DNA of 64,000 nucleotides from Octopus sinensis (taxonomy: Eukaryota): positions 496,001-560,000 of the forward strand of contig NC_043002.1 in NCBI RefSeq assembly GCF_006345805.1, written 5' to 3'. The notes beneath the pieces are model-generated. The model was not told the DNA's origin. It saw only the letters and a program-made list of their open reading frames with translations, and did not search any database. The position numbers were made by a program, and so were the translations under genes. Below are positions 10,445 to 23,233 of the stretch, one piece after another (the stretch's first letter is position 1; each line of letters begins with the position of its first letter).

Positions 10445-12150
10445 TAATAAGCCATTATTCAAAAAGCCTCAAAATAGTAATCATCATCTTAGGTATATCC
10501 TCTAGCTCATTGGGTATTTTGTTGTATACCCAGGCCAGAATAATTTTGAAAAGCACTCTAGAATCATGTAAAGTAGAAGAAAAGTCCAGTGAACTAGGTA
10601 CAGTACACTTGTCAGCTCTAGTGCATTCATTAAGGTGATATTCACCATAGGACCACCAGCCACCTGAAGATTGCCTTGGGACCATATGATGGGGTGAGGG
10701 CTGATTGATGCTGGATGCATGAACTTTGTCCAGTTCCATGCTTGAACTTAACTTTTCAATCTTAGCATATTGATGAGTTAGTCAGTGAGGTTTAAAAGAA
10801 AAGTAGTGGTCCAGAGTGAGTGACTGGATGATTCTTAAACGCAGGGCAAGTGATATCCTGAGGATATTTGTGCAAAGAGCATTGTATCTGCTTGAGCTAG
10901 AGGAGTTCAAGAAAACGGCTGATGGAAGGGATTCTGGTACTGACACTTTGGATGTTGTGGAATCTACTAATCTGTTGTGTTTGACATCAATTAAGAGGCT
11001 GAAATGATGGAAGAAATCACTTCCAAGAATTGGAGTTGACAATTTAGCAACTGTAAAATCCCAGTTGAAAACTCTTCTGAGATTGAGATGCAGGGTAATC
11101 CATTTTTCTCCAAAGATTACATTCAGAGAATGGCTAATAGCCTGGAGAAAAATTGGAGTGATGGTTTTTTGTTGCCTTGTACCAATTACTGTAGTGTTCA
11201 GGATGCTAATCTCTGCCCCAGTGTCTACAAGAAAATTGATATCAGTTGATTTGTTGCTGATGTGGAGGTGACTGACTTGGGAAGTGAGCCACATACAACT
11301 GCTGCCATCAGTTCCTGGCCACACTGATTCCCAAAGGAGAAAATGGAAATGAACATGGTGGAGAACACTTGTGAGCATTATTGTTGAATGCACAGTGATA
11401 CCAACACAGAGGCCAAACAGCTAAGTGGTACTTGGACTATGTGAATGCTGGACTTCTGCACTCCATGAGCAACTCCTGTTGTCACTTGGTTGAATCTTCA
11501 TCATATTAAATTACCTGTCTCTGTCTGAAAGTTGATTAAAGGGCTGCTATCAAAGTTAGCGGAAAAAGATGAACAGCAAGATCTTTATGGTTGTTGGGGT
11601 GGTGCTACTTGCATGGCAGTTGGCAGGGGGGATGAAACTTCTGTGATGTTATCTGCCAACTCCTCTATTTACATTGATTGTTTGGTAGCAGTGAGGAAAT
11701 GTTGGATTGCAGTTGCTTGATAAACAACTGTGAAATTGACTGGGTCCAAGGTGTTGTCTCTGAGCAACTGCTTTATTTGTTGGAGAAGTTGGCAAGGTCT
11801 TTTGTTTCCCAGTCCCTCTCTGATGAATAGTTGGTGCAACCATTGCTGCTGTGTATTTAATCAACTCTCACATGAGCGCCTTGTATGACACAATGCTAGC
11901 CCAGAGTTGTTACCAAATACTGGATCTCTGGTAGGAAGGTGTTGATCATGTCATTTAATGTACAGGGATGAAAAATTGCGCCTCCAGATAAAGAAATCAA
12001 ACTGTAGATCATGAGTCGAAAATGTTGGGGACTCACAAAGACAGAAGTTCTGGTCTGTATTAATAATGTTGCAACTGGCATTTCGAAAGGCATCTCAGCA
12101 TTGTTTTCCCAGCGGTGTTTTTCAAAGTATTTATCTTTTGGGGGTCACCA
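10445..12150 (-). mobile_element. Decayed Ty3/Gypsy LTR retrotransposon: PBS-like site, gag, protease and RT start
   Basis: TGGTGACCCCC PBS-like motif at 12150-12140; aspartic protease FLVDTGAEISIL; RT start PSPHHMVPRQSSGGW...DIPKMMITILRLFE (compare SPLHMVPK...DIPKTAITTPFGLFE); truncated before YxDD. Confidence 0.85.
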
Positions 12151-12396
12151 GTTCTAACAATATGAATATTTCTTTGTGTATTACTTGTGGAACAATTCAG
12201 TGTCAAGCTCATGTTGACTGAAAAAAGCACAAATTCTGTTGAGATTTTGAATGCAAAAATATTTATTTTAAAAAACTTTAACTGTGTGATGTTACTACAA
12301 ATGACAGAAAAGGTATTTAGACGGGTAAACAGTTCAACAGCTAATACGTGAAAGGAGTGAAAGGGATACTGTCTAGCAGCATATGTCCTACTGATT

Positions 12397-13366
12397 CATC
12401 ATCATCATCATTTAACATCCGCTTTCCATGCTGGCATGTGTTGGATGGTTTGACTGAGGACTGGTGAGCCAGAGGCTGCACCAGGCTCAATCTGATCTGG
12501 CAAAGTTTCTACAGCTGGATGCCCTTCCTAATGCCTCTATTTATAGTTTGTCTGTCCAAGAAAAAAGGTGCCCCCCAAAAAACCTACTGATAATATCTTG
12601 TTTACAAGATGTCTGAGAGGTCAGTTTTTTGATGACATCAATATTTGGGCAAAGGGTGTTCATGTTGATATAATGATTTCTACCTGAGTAGATTGGCCAG
12701 TTGACTGCTGACATCATCAACCTCTAGCAAATCCTGAATGTTGAAACAGCAATCTGGTTTTGATTCCTAGATGTTCTGGAACTGCCACATATTTCTGCTA
12801 AAGACTACAAATGCAGTATGTGCATTGTGTCATGTTAGCACATTTGATTGTGTGGAGGTGCAGTGTAGCAAAAGTAGGCCACTTACATCTATATAGGTAA
12901 AAACTTATTTAATGATTATCATCATCATCATCATCGTTTAACGTCTGATTTCCATGCTAGCATGGGTTGGACGGTTCAACTGGGGTCTGGGGAGCCCGAA
13001 GGCTGCACCGGGCCAGTCAGATCTGGCAGTGTTTCTACAGCTGGATGCCCTTCCTAACGCCAACCACTCCGAGAGTGTAGTGGGTGATTTTATGTGCCAC
13101 CGACACAGGTGCCAGACGAGGCTGGTGAACGGCCACGCTCGGATGGTGTTTTTTATGTGCCACCGATCAAAATACCTGAATATTAGGTTTTCATGGTTAG
13201 GTACAGAAGATACCCATAAATGCATTTCTCTATTGTGAACTTGTTTTTAAACGTGCAGCTTCAAAGTATTAGAGAACAAATCACTAAGTGAAGAGTTTTA
13301 TTCGACTTCATCATCATCATCATCATCATCGTTTAGCGTCCGTTTTCCATGCTAGCATGGGTTGGA
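12397..13366 (-). mobile_element. Three separate RTE 3'UTR pieces (12397-12537, 12917-13172, 13310-13366)
   Basis: Each begins with (CAT)n followed by the conserved TTTAAC/GCGTC...CCATGCTAGCATGGGTTGGA core or a close variant. Confidence 0.85.
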
Positions 13367-13759
13367 CTTAATTGTTGAAATACTGTTTATGACTTTGAAT
13401 AATGGAAAAAGACAAATGAAAATGCATTAAGTGAGCTTGACTAGAAGAGTGGAAACAATACAAGTTGGTCTTTGTCAGTGAGCTGCACAGCTCATATATG
13501 CAGGCTAAGATATCTGTGTGCAGCCACAATGCCATCTTAAAACAGAGAGCTGTTCTTTAGGGTTGTTGTTAAACCCCAAATTAGTTTTGAGTAAACCTAT
13601 GATCAGAGATAATTACCTGCCTTGTTTTTCCTTGATATTGAGCAAAAGAAAGGGGCTGTGTCCATGGGTTTTGCAGGCTCTCTGATACTTCTAAGATTTA
13701 GTTAATTTTAAAATGTTGCAAGTTGATGGGTGAAGAAAAACATGCTGGGAGCAATTTCT

Positions 13760-14700
13760 AGAGGGTCAACATTCTTAGAAGAATTGAGTAGTTTGAAAGG
13801 AGACTACAATATGAGTAAAAAGAGGAGAGATAGCATGTAGGTAAGATGGTTAAAGTGAGTTGAAGGAGAACTTCAGGTTGCCTGTCAGTTAGGTAGTCTT
13901 ACTTTAGTTGTGGTCTTGGCTGTTAAGAGCGTACAATATGGTTTTCTTGATATACATTGTAATTTGTGTGTTTATGCTGCTGAAGGCAACTAGAGTTGCA
14001 TGACATCATGGAAGAATGCTTTTCAGCCACTTTTTGTTCATAGAACTAAGTATATCTAGGACTAAATGATTCAGTGTATCTTCTCTTATATTTAAGACAA
14101 TAGCTTGTGATTTGTCAGGATTTGGCTGCATTGTCCTTCAGGTTGAGCAACTTTACAAAGGCTCTTTTGCAAACGTGGGTTTATTAGTTCAACCTTATGG
14201 TGCACTTTGTGGTTTAAAGATTCAGAATTAATTAGGGCTGAAGTATTATCTTGCTTTGATGAGGAAGTCTTTGTGCTCCAGTTTTGGTTTCGTTCATGAA
14301 AGAACAAGAAATTGTGAGGGGTCTAGGATTTGACAGCGGTTAGCCAGAAGGTATATTGAAAGAAAGCTTGCTTAATGTATAGTGACTTGTAATGACTGTT
14401 AACTTGGTCATCATTTTTTTGTTTCCATTGAAGAATATTTTCATGATCTCTAATGGAGGCAGTACAAGTGTTGTGTAATATAGCCGTTGCATATAGCGAA
14501 TGCATGTGCGCAGAAGATTGAGGGGTGAAGAGGTTATTGGTATAAGAGTGTAAATGATTAGAAAGCTTCTTAGGTTTTCTTTAGTGTACAGTAGTATAGA
14601 ACCCTTGGTTTCCACAATGCTTTCAAGACATACTGCAAAAGGAACTGTCTGGCTGGAAATTTTTGATCAAGAGATTAGATAAATGGAGTCTATAAGCAAA
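13760..14700 (-). other. Decayed ORF-like segment of unknown class, probably TE-derived
   Basis: Several abutting 60-90 codon minus-strand ORFs and a composition shift, with no recognisable motif. Confidence 0.25.
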
Positions 14701-14967
14701 CAACCAGATATATAAAATGGGGCCCTTTCTAATTACAACTCAATGAAAATACTCAGAAACCACTTCAGTTTAGGATGATTGTTCTTAGAGATTACAGATC
14801 TGTAATATAGTTAGATGTGCATCTCATAGGTTAAACTTTTTTTTACCTGAAATATCTGTCTTTTATCTTGACTAAAATGTAAAAAATCTCCAGTGATTCA
14901 TAAAACTAAGATGTAATTTTCTTTTACATAATGACTTTGTCTTATTAAATAATTTATTCTTTTTCAG

Positions 14968-15025
14968 ACATGATCTAAAATCAGGTCACCTGCAGCACGT
15001 TGTTTCTCCCACTCCTCGTGGAACG
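14968..15025 (+). CDS. Internal exon of unidentified plus-strand gene (HDLKSGHLQHVVSPTPRGT)
   Basis: Acceptor ATTCTTTTTCAG, donor GTTTGT; 58 nt, phase 2 in and phase 0 out, fitting both neighbouring exons. Confidence 0.7.
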
Positions 15026-15269
15026 GTTTGTATAATTTATTGTCTCATTAAAATGTTTTTTGAAATATAATTTTATGCTTATTTTCAAATTACTTAAACA
15101 TCAGTATATACAATTTTTATTTGTTTCTAATAGGCATTTTTTTTTTTTTTTTTGCAATAGTTTGTTTATGCAAGTTCAAACAAAGTTCAGGCTATTATCA
15201 TTTCACCTTTTTTTTTTTTTCTTGTCATATTTTGGAAAGTAGGATGAAGTTTGAAGGAGATGCAGTTGC

Positions 15270-15485
15270 GAAATAGCAGCCAACACCCTCGTCCATAGAC
15301 TTGTCTCTTTCTACCACTACAATGTTGTCTGCTCTCTCATCCAATGTCACCTCCACTTAGAGACATAGATTTCTGACTCACTCGTCTCTCTTTGTCATTA
15401 ATATTGTATTCACCATCCTAGGCACCACATTAACCACCCCTTCCTTCCCTGAACATTGGTCCTCTGGAATTCCTTTCCTGTTGTT
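15270..15485 (+). mobile_element. Old CR1/Jockey-type LINE 3' fragment
   Basis: Ends in LWNSFP, resembling the conserved LWNSLP of CR1/Jockey C-termini. Confidence 0.35.
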
Positions 15486-16299
15486 ACCAACTTTCAACTG
15501 CTTGTGAGGAACATTGTGTTCATCTCAGTAAACTCACCAAAAAGCCAATCCAGACAGGCCTACCCTGTTTATCTAATTGGTGTTTCTAATTTTGGGATGA
15601 GGAATTGGAAACTGTTTTCTTTCAACTATCATATTAGCTTACTGAAAGTCTCAAACCTGCAGAGTGCCATTTTTTTTTTTTTTTGTTGGGTGTTGTATCT
15701 ATTAGTAAAATTAAAATTGCTGGAACCAGTTACTACCTCACATCTAGCAACAGTAAATTATTCATTTACTCTTTACATGAGCAGAAAACTGCTCAAAGGG
15801 CAGTTTTCTGTAGTCTTAACCTCTCTTCTACACAAACTCAAAAGAGTCCATCTATGTGGTAGTTTAATTTGTTAGAAATAGCAGGGATTGCAATATATTC
15901 TAAGGCCTGTGGCATATCAAACAGCCATACTAACAAGTTGGCCCTTGGTAGTTTTGTAAATCAGGAAAATTTCATTTTATTAAAAACATTTTCATTTCAC
16001 AAATTCCTGAAGAGTGAATTACAGCTAAATGTTATTTACACATTTGCTTCTTAATTTGTGTACATTTTTCTTATTTGTTACAAATTTTCTTGTGAATCCT
16101 TAATTCGTCCAATAGCATGCACTCACTCAATAAATAAATTTAGAATAGCAAGCACTAACAGACAGTGTTTGAATTTATGAAGAATTACATTGGCATTATG
16201 TTGACCTCACTTATCCTCATAAAAGTCCTCAGTTTATTGTCTATGTACATATCAGAAGATTCTGTAACTTTATATGACAGTGAATTGGAATGCACTAGT

Positions 16300-16760
16300 C
16301 ATGATCATCATCATCATCGTTTAACGTCCACTTTCCATGCTAGCATGGGTTGGACGATTTGACTGAGGTCTGCACTAGACTCCAATCTGATCTGGCAGAG
16401 TTTTTACAGCTGGATGCCCTTCCCTAATGCCAACCACTCCGAGAGTATAGTGGGTGCTTTTATGTGTCACAGGCATGAGGGCCAGTCAGGCGATACTGGC
16501 AATGGCCACGCTCAAATGGTGCTTTTTATGTGCCACCTGCACAGGAGCTAGTCTACTGGCAACGACCTCGCTGAATGTTTTTTCACGTGACACCAGCACA
16601 AGTGCTAGTAAGGCGACGCAGGTAACGATCACGCTCGAATGGTGTTTTTAATGTGCCATCAGCTCAGAGGCCAGCTTGTTGCTCTGGCCCTAATCTCACT
16701 TGTATGGTACTCTTAGTGCTCCTCTAGCACAGATGCCAGTCATTGAATTTGATTTTGTCT
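16300..16760 (-). mobile_element. RTE 3'UTR copy with several internal modules
   Basis: (CAT)n tail, core, and repeated GGTGCTTTTTATGTGCC modules. Confidence 0.85.
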
Positions 16761-18513
16761 TTTATCCAATAAATAGAAGAAAAAAGTTTCATGACTTTTG
16801 CAATTCCTCAGACTTGTGAGACTGATGCTGCTGATGTTCAGCTTGACACCTGCAGTTCAATGTCTACAGGAAAAACATGGAGAGAGAACTAGAGGTCTTG
16901 TCTGAATGTTTATAACAGACAAGACTCTGCAAAAGGTACTCAAAAACTAGATGACGGTGGTTAATCCAGATTAGGAATACCACAGAAAAGTCATAAATAA
17001 AATTTCAACTCAGGACAATTTTTCTTCTGTCTGCAAAGTTTAGTTTGTACTAGTATGAACTGGAAAAAAAATCATATTGAAAAATTACTGGGGTTTCTTT
17101 TCCATTGATATATATTTGTATATTTTAGTATTAATAATGTATACACAGTTGAACAAAGGCAGGGGAGAGAGAGATAGATTTTCTACAAAAAAAAAAAAAA
17201 AAAAATGAAAATAACTGTGCAAGGAAAAAATGAAAATTATGTATTGAACTGAAAATAATTGTGCAAAGAAAACAGAAATGAAAATTATATGCTGAATTGA
17301 AAAAAAATATTTTGATTAAAATGGAACAAAATTTGAATTTTTAAGAATTTTGTAGACAATGGAACTTTAGTAATTGCTTTCTTTTAGTATAAGTTACACA
17401 ATTCCAATCCAAATAATTGAAAAGCAGTTTTCTCCATTGTAGTATAAAATGGCCATTTACCATATTGGGATAACATTCTTGATTTTGTTTGCTCTTAGAT
17501 GAAAATTTTTCAGCTTCTCATGCTCCGAGAATATTTCTTCAGCTATCATTTATGACATCCTTTCAACAGCAAATTATTTGATGATATATTTCTGGCTAAT
17601 GATTTTTCTAGTATACCTCATGTTTAAATTTTGTTACAAAATATTTAGTTTCTTACATGTCATGGTTGAATGTAAAATAGCTAATAATTCAGTGTTACAT
17701 GAAGTCATAGCTATAGATTTTTGTTTGTAATTATTAAATTTTGAATTTGAATATGAATTTTTCATTTTGTTAAGTATGTCCATCAGTAATGTTAAGTTAT
17801 TCCCCAAATCTACTTTAAAGCAGATTTTGAGCCTCCATACACAAAAGTACTTTCCATTGAATATTGGAATAGAACATTTCTTGTCATTATTTTCACCAAT
17901 CATCTGGATATTAATGTAGCTATTTAAAAAAAAAAATTATTTCATGCACTCAGAATCAAATTCCTTGTATTGAAGCCTACATTTTGATTATTTTCTTTCA
18001 TAGGGCAATTTTGCTCTCTTATATGACTTATTCCCAACTCTATGTAGTCTGTTATTCTCAATGAATTTGTTGCTTTTCAAATTGTCATTTTCATGGAATG
18101 TTTTATGTATCGGTCTTACTAGCTCTCAAATATTACCTTTTATTGTTTCTCTTTTGTGATGTTTGTTGCTTAAAATGTTTTCCCTATCTTGTATTGTTGT
18201 GTTTAAGGAAAGGCATTGTTAGTTATTTGGAGCTGTAGGGGTTCTAAACCTAGCATTTATGTATTTTCGAACAATATGATATTGATAATTGCTGCTTACT
18301 GGTAATCTGTTGTGCCCTGACAACATAATTTCAAAATAGTAATCTTTTACACTAATCCATGAGAAATAGTTGAACATGAGGTAAACCAATTAACAAGTAA
18401 TGTCTGGACCTTCTGGACAAGTATTTTATAGACAAATAAAATGAGTTTAATTTAAATTTATGTAATATTCAATTAATTTCTAATATATTTTTTATTCTTG
18501 TGTTTTAATGCAG

Positions 18514-19061
18514 TCAAGACACAACCTTGGGTCTCTGGGGGATGTTAGTAGACAGAGTTACAGATCTGAAAAGTCACGAGCATCTTCCCAAGATTCTATC
18601 GACAAACCAACTGGCAGAAGTGTGAGAGGTCGAAGGGATCCACATTTTCAAGCCAGAGTCCAAGATTCTGACTTTGATGACAAAAGTGACAGTTCCAGGA
18701 GTCGAGATACCAGAGACGGCCATATTCACCCTGATGAGAGGCTTCAAAGTGCACCTAGAGGTGCACCGAGGGGAATGCCAAGGGGAATGCCTAGAGGTAT
18801 GCCTAGGGGTATGCCTAGAGGTATGCCGAGAGGTATGCCAAGAGGTATGCCAAGAGGAATGCCTAGAGGCATGCCCAGAGGAGCACCTAGAGGGGCACCA
18901 AGGGGTATGCATCCGCCACCATTTGATCATGGTTATCAACCTCAAGGAAATAGAGGTGGTCAAATGCGATTTCATTCTCCGCCTGGAAATCAGTCTCATC
19001 ACAGAGAAAGAATTGAATATGACCCTCGAGGACGCCATGTTGAAACCCATCAGAGTTCAAG
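18514..19061 (+). CDS. Large low-complexity exon with PRG[M/A] x13 of unidentified plus-strand gene
   Basis: Acceptor TTTTAATGCAG, donor AG|GTTTGT; 548 nt, phase 0 in, phase 2 out; GC-rich island in AT-rich flanks. Confidence 0.85.
18754..18909 (+). repeat. Coding 12-bp tandem repeat, 13 units (10 PRGM, 3 PRGA)
   Basis: Pro uses all four codons, Gly all four, Arg AGA/AGG; the only amino-acid variation is Met/Ala. Confidence 0.95.
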
Positions 19062-19784
19062 GTTTGTGAAATGGTTTTTGTTTTTTCATTTGAACAAATT
19101 AACAATGTCAATTAAGTTTGGGTCTACTGAATTAGAATTATGTAACCCAAGATAAAGTTATTTTTCATAATAAATCAGGACTCAAATTCATTTACATTTA
19201 CAAACTTTCAATGTTTTGAAGACTACTTTGTTGAAAGTCTGTATTTCAGACTTTCCTCCTCATAATCGTGTAACATCTGTTTCCCATCCTGGCCTGGATC
19301 GGGTTGCTTGACAGGGTCCGATCGGTCAGACGACCGCGTTGTGTTCCAGTGTCTGCTTTGGCTGGATTTCTGTGGCTGGATTCTTTTCTAATGCCAACGG
19401 CTTAACAGAAAGTGCTTTTTCTTTTTTGTGGAACCTACATTCGTGATGTTGCCATGTAACTCACTAAATTCTTTTCTCCTTCTACTGCAATAGGGAAGGA
19501 GGCAACTTTATGCTGGGAGAAAAATGTTAAAGTATAGAAGAAGGGTCCAGAACAGATTTCATGTTGTAGAGGAGATATATGGCTACACATTTATATAAGA
19601 GTGGGAGTAATTGGTGGGGGACTGGAAAGAAAAAAATGTTGGTGATGAAGTGTTATGGTGGATGCTCAAAGTATGATGATGATGATGATGATGATGAATA
19701 GAAGTGTGTGTGTGTGGGGGGGTAGAAGAGGGAGTAGGGGTAGGTAGATTGGTGGGAGGGGATGAGTTGATTACACTGACCCAA

Positions 19785-19925
19785 GTGTTTTGCTGGTACT
19801 TAGTTTAACAACTCTGAAAGGATGAAAGCAAAGTTGACCCCAGCAGAACCTGAACTCAGAATGTGAAGACAGAGACCAAATGCTTAGTTGCATTTTGTCC
19901 AGCATGATCCTGCCAGCTGAGGAGA
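19785..19925 (-). mobile_element. Diverged tRNA-derived SINE, family A
   Basis: Homologous to 62231-62437 in reverse orientation. Confidence 0.6.
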
Positions 19926-20476
19926 AGGATGAGAATAAAGGGGATGGTGGGTGTGAGTGCAGAGTCAGACATAATGTGTGGTGAGTGAGAGATGTGTGGT
20001 GATAGGGACCTTGGAGAGGAAACAAAAACCTTAGTAAATAGTCTTGTATAAATATATCTGGTTTTTTGTTAAAAAATATTTGAAGATTAAAATCTCTTAG
20101 AAGGGATGTATCATCATTTAACATCTTTTTTCCATGCTGGCAAGTTGGGCCCAAATGTCAAAATCATAAAGTAAAATATAATTTGTAAAACAAAGTATTA
20201 GAATTTTAAAATGGTTTTTGTTGATCCACACATAGATTCAAGAGATTGCGTAAATCCAGGATTAATAATTGACAAAAATTTGATGTGTATGTTTTATTAA
20301 TTCTGCCTTAAATAAAATATATTGTGATCTGAAAACCAAAGTGTGTTGATTACAACCTGACTGCTGTACTTTCAGCCTTTAGCATTCTGATTATTCTGTC
20401 AAATGTAGTGCTTATTTATTCAAATAGGTTTGAGATTTTGATGGTGTGACTATTTCGAAAATGATGTTGTTGACTA

Positions 20477-20601
20477 GGCCAATTTGGACATAAAATGGGT
20501 AGAATGTGGAAAGTTTAAATGTTGAAGGTGATTAAATCTAATGAACCTCTTTCTAGGGAGTTTTAAAGCCAAAACTATTTTAGAGTCTAATTAATGATAA
20601 C
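20477..20601. repeat. 125-bp inverted repeat arm (partner 22609-22733); a second 35-bp pair at 20346-20380 / 21232-21266
   Basis: Manual reverse-complement alignment: 4 mismatches in 125 bp and 1 mismatch in 35 bp. Confidence 0.9.
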
Positions 20602-21269
20602 TAAATTTTAATCCTTCTACTTTTTATTTATAGTCTTCATCTCGTGCAAGACTGAATCTTTCACCATCTTAAGTGATAACAAGCTAAAAATAGACAAAAA
20701 ATATTTGTATTAACACAGCAGTCCTCTTTCTTCAGGATATCCTCCATACCAAATTATTTAGGAGTACCAAAGAAAAGCCAGTACAGACCAGTGTTGAGGA
20801 AGGGGAACTTGGATCTTAGTATATCTAATCTAAAGAGATCTACAATGACACAAATACCAGCTCTGTCTTCTGGTCCCATCAGACCATGAAACAATTTGTC
20901 TGCTCCACCTGTTTTGATCCTTAACTAAAGAGGAGGGGTTTTCATACCTGCATGATAAAGTCAAGGTTCACTTGGTTAATAGTGACATTTTCTGGCAAAC
21001 TCAGTTGGCTTATCCAGTTGGGGGTCTCACTAGTAAGGGATAAAAATCTATATCAAATTGTGTATATCTAGCTTTGGACCTGTCATTTATATTCTTAAGC
21101 AAGTTTATAACAGTGTTGCTATTGACTCAGTACCACAGTTTAGTAGTTTCCATAATTCTATTAAGAGAGAAGACTATGCTGGTATGGTCATGAAATGGCT
21201 TCTGCATGAAGATGGCTACTCAAAGAAAGTTAAAGGCTGAATGTACAGCAGTCAGGTTGTAATCAAGGC

Positions 21270-21693
21270 ACTTGGGAAGCTGTGGAAGGGGTAGACCCAG
21301 GAAGACATGGCATGAGGTGGTGAGAAAAGGTCTTTAGATGCTGGGCCTCACTGAAGAGATGACAAGGGACCAGGACTTGTAATTGGGAAGACACATAAAG
21401 CTAAGTAAAATTGAGGCTATCCATACATACAGGCATGTCCCTTTTTGGCCATGCTCCCCCACTCCCTCTCCCAGCTGAGAGTTCGTCTTGTAGGTACCAG
21501 TGCCATGTAAAATGCACTTGTGCTGATGGCACATAAACTGTACCAGTACACTGTGAAGTGGTTGGTATTAGGAAGGGGACCTAGCATTAAAGATGCCAAA
21601 ACAGACAATTGGAGTCTGGACAGCTCTTCAGCTCCTGTCAAACCATCCGATGCATGCCAGCATAGAAAACAGATATTAAATGATGATGATGAG
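21270..21693 (+). mobile_element. Diverged RTE 3' end (ORF tail plus UTR)
   Basis: GRPRKTWxEVV-like ORF end followed by the UTR core and GATGATGAT tail. Confidence 0.7.
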
Positions 21694-21744
21694 TATTTTT
21701 TTTTGTTTGGCTATTAAACCTATTTCAGTTCTTGCTGGGTTCAC

Positions 21745-22140
21745 AGGTGGGCTTATTGCTAAAATTAGGTTTGTGATCTTTTTAAAGTTATAAAAGCTTC
21801 CCTTTTAGGTAAGCATTCTAACCTATCTTCAATTTGACTTCTTTTAGCAAAGAATTTAGTGTCATCATTAATGCTTTTATAGCTATCTATATTGGCTTTC
21901 TTATATTTAGTGGAGGTACTATTACGTAGATCATTATTGATTTCATACAAGTTATTAGTTTTAGAGTTTTTTAAAGTTTCTAATCTCAAATTTTTAGTTA
22001 AACTTGGAAAGGGTTATAGTGCTTACCAAATTTAATGTCTAAGTCTAAGATTGCTTCCAAAATGGGGCTAAATCTTTCAATGTAGGTGTGTATTTATAGG
22101 TCTTTAAGCCATGAGTTTTTTTGTGTGCCAGTTGGTGATA
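21745..22140 (-). mobile_element. Penelope-like element RT N-terminal fragment
   Basis: ORF 21765-21989 ends in LECLPKREAFITLK, resembling the AFITLKDHK motif I associate with invertebrate Penelope-like RTs. Confidence 0.5.
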
Positions 22141-23166
22141 CAAGCTTGCCCGTCTGTTGTACTACCAGAAGCAAAAAAGACTTATAGTAGTTTATATTTT
22201 AAATCCTGTCTTTATTAAATATTTATTTCTCACTGGATGGAGGAGGACTTTTGTTGTTCCCACTAATAATGGAACAGTACACACACACACAGTTATAATA
22301 CATTGGTTTAATTGCTGATGAAAGCATTCAAATTCGTTATTAAATGGTTCTATTTGCTTACCTGTTTTAGTGACAAAAGTACCTTGTGATATTTAGTTAC
22401 ATCCCTTCTCAGGTCAAATCCTGTCCAAAATTACTTCCAAGTGTTGAGGCCAATATAATGAACCAAGTTCTTGAAGGTAGTGTGCCCCTCCCCCCAATGT
22501 CTGTTGTGCAAATGATTGAAATCAGTTTTTGGTGACTTACAATTATGACTTTAAATTGTGAAAGCTGACACGAGATGAAGACTATAAAAAGTAGTATGAT
22601 TAAAAGTTTGTTATCATTAATTAGACTCTAAAATAATTTTGGCTTTAAAACCTCCTAGAAAGAGGTTCATTAGATTTAATCACCTTTAACATTTAAACTT
22701 TCCACATTCTACCCATTTTATGTCCAAATTGGCCAGAGCCAGCCTCTCACACCTTTCAACTCTAATATCTACGAACCTAAATAAAAGGTGAAGTAGTATA
22801 TTTTCAGTTCCATCAGTTTCTACCATGAGTTTTAAATAACTCAGAAACAGCTCACGTTGATTCTATTGTTTCCATTTTTTTTGTAATTCTAGTTTCAGGA
22901 TGTTGGACACCTGTTTTAGTTATTAGAAAATTGCTGTGTAAATGAATTAACGAGATGGTTCATGAATGAAATTGATTAAAAATTATTTGAAAGTTGTTTG
23001 TTTTTTTCTTTGGTATTGGGATGTTTCCATTCTTTAGCTCTGATAACAAATTCAAATCGATGGTTACTAAATGATAACATTTTCAAACTAAAAGACATTA
23101 TGAGAAGCTTATTGCATTATGATTTGAGTGATTTTATTTTTGAAAACTTTTTTCTTTAATTTGCAG

Positions 23167-23233
23167 GCAACCTACTTCTTCAGACGATTCCAGAGACATA
23201 AAAGTTGATACATCCTCTGAGTCAGAAATTTGA
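23167..23233 (+). CDS. Terminal coding exon of unidentified plus-strand gene (R QPTSSDDSRDIKVDTSSESEI*)
   Basis: Acceptor TTTTTCTTTAATTTGCAG; phase 2 completes AGG; TGA at 23231-23233 followed by AT-rich UTR-like sequence with ATTAAA hexamers. Confidence 0.7.

Noticed and set aside
19250-19269. Possible 20-nt exon (DFPPHNR) that could link to 20634
   Set aside because: It needs a phase-1 donor; the main upstream donor is phase 2, which gives LSSS*. Unsupported without RNA data.
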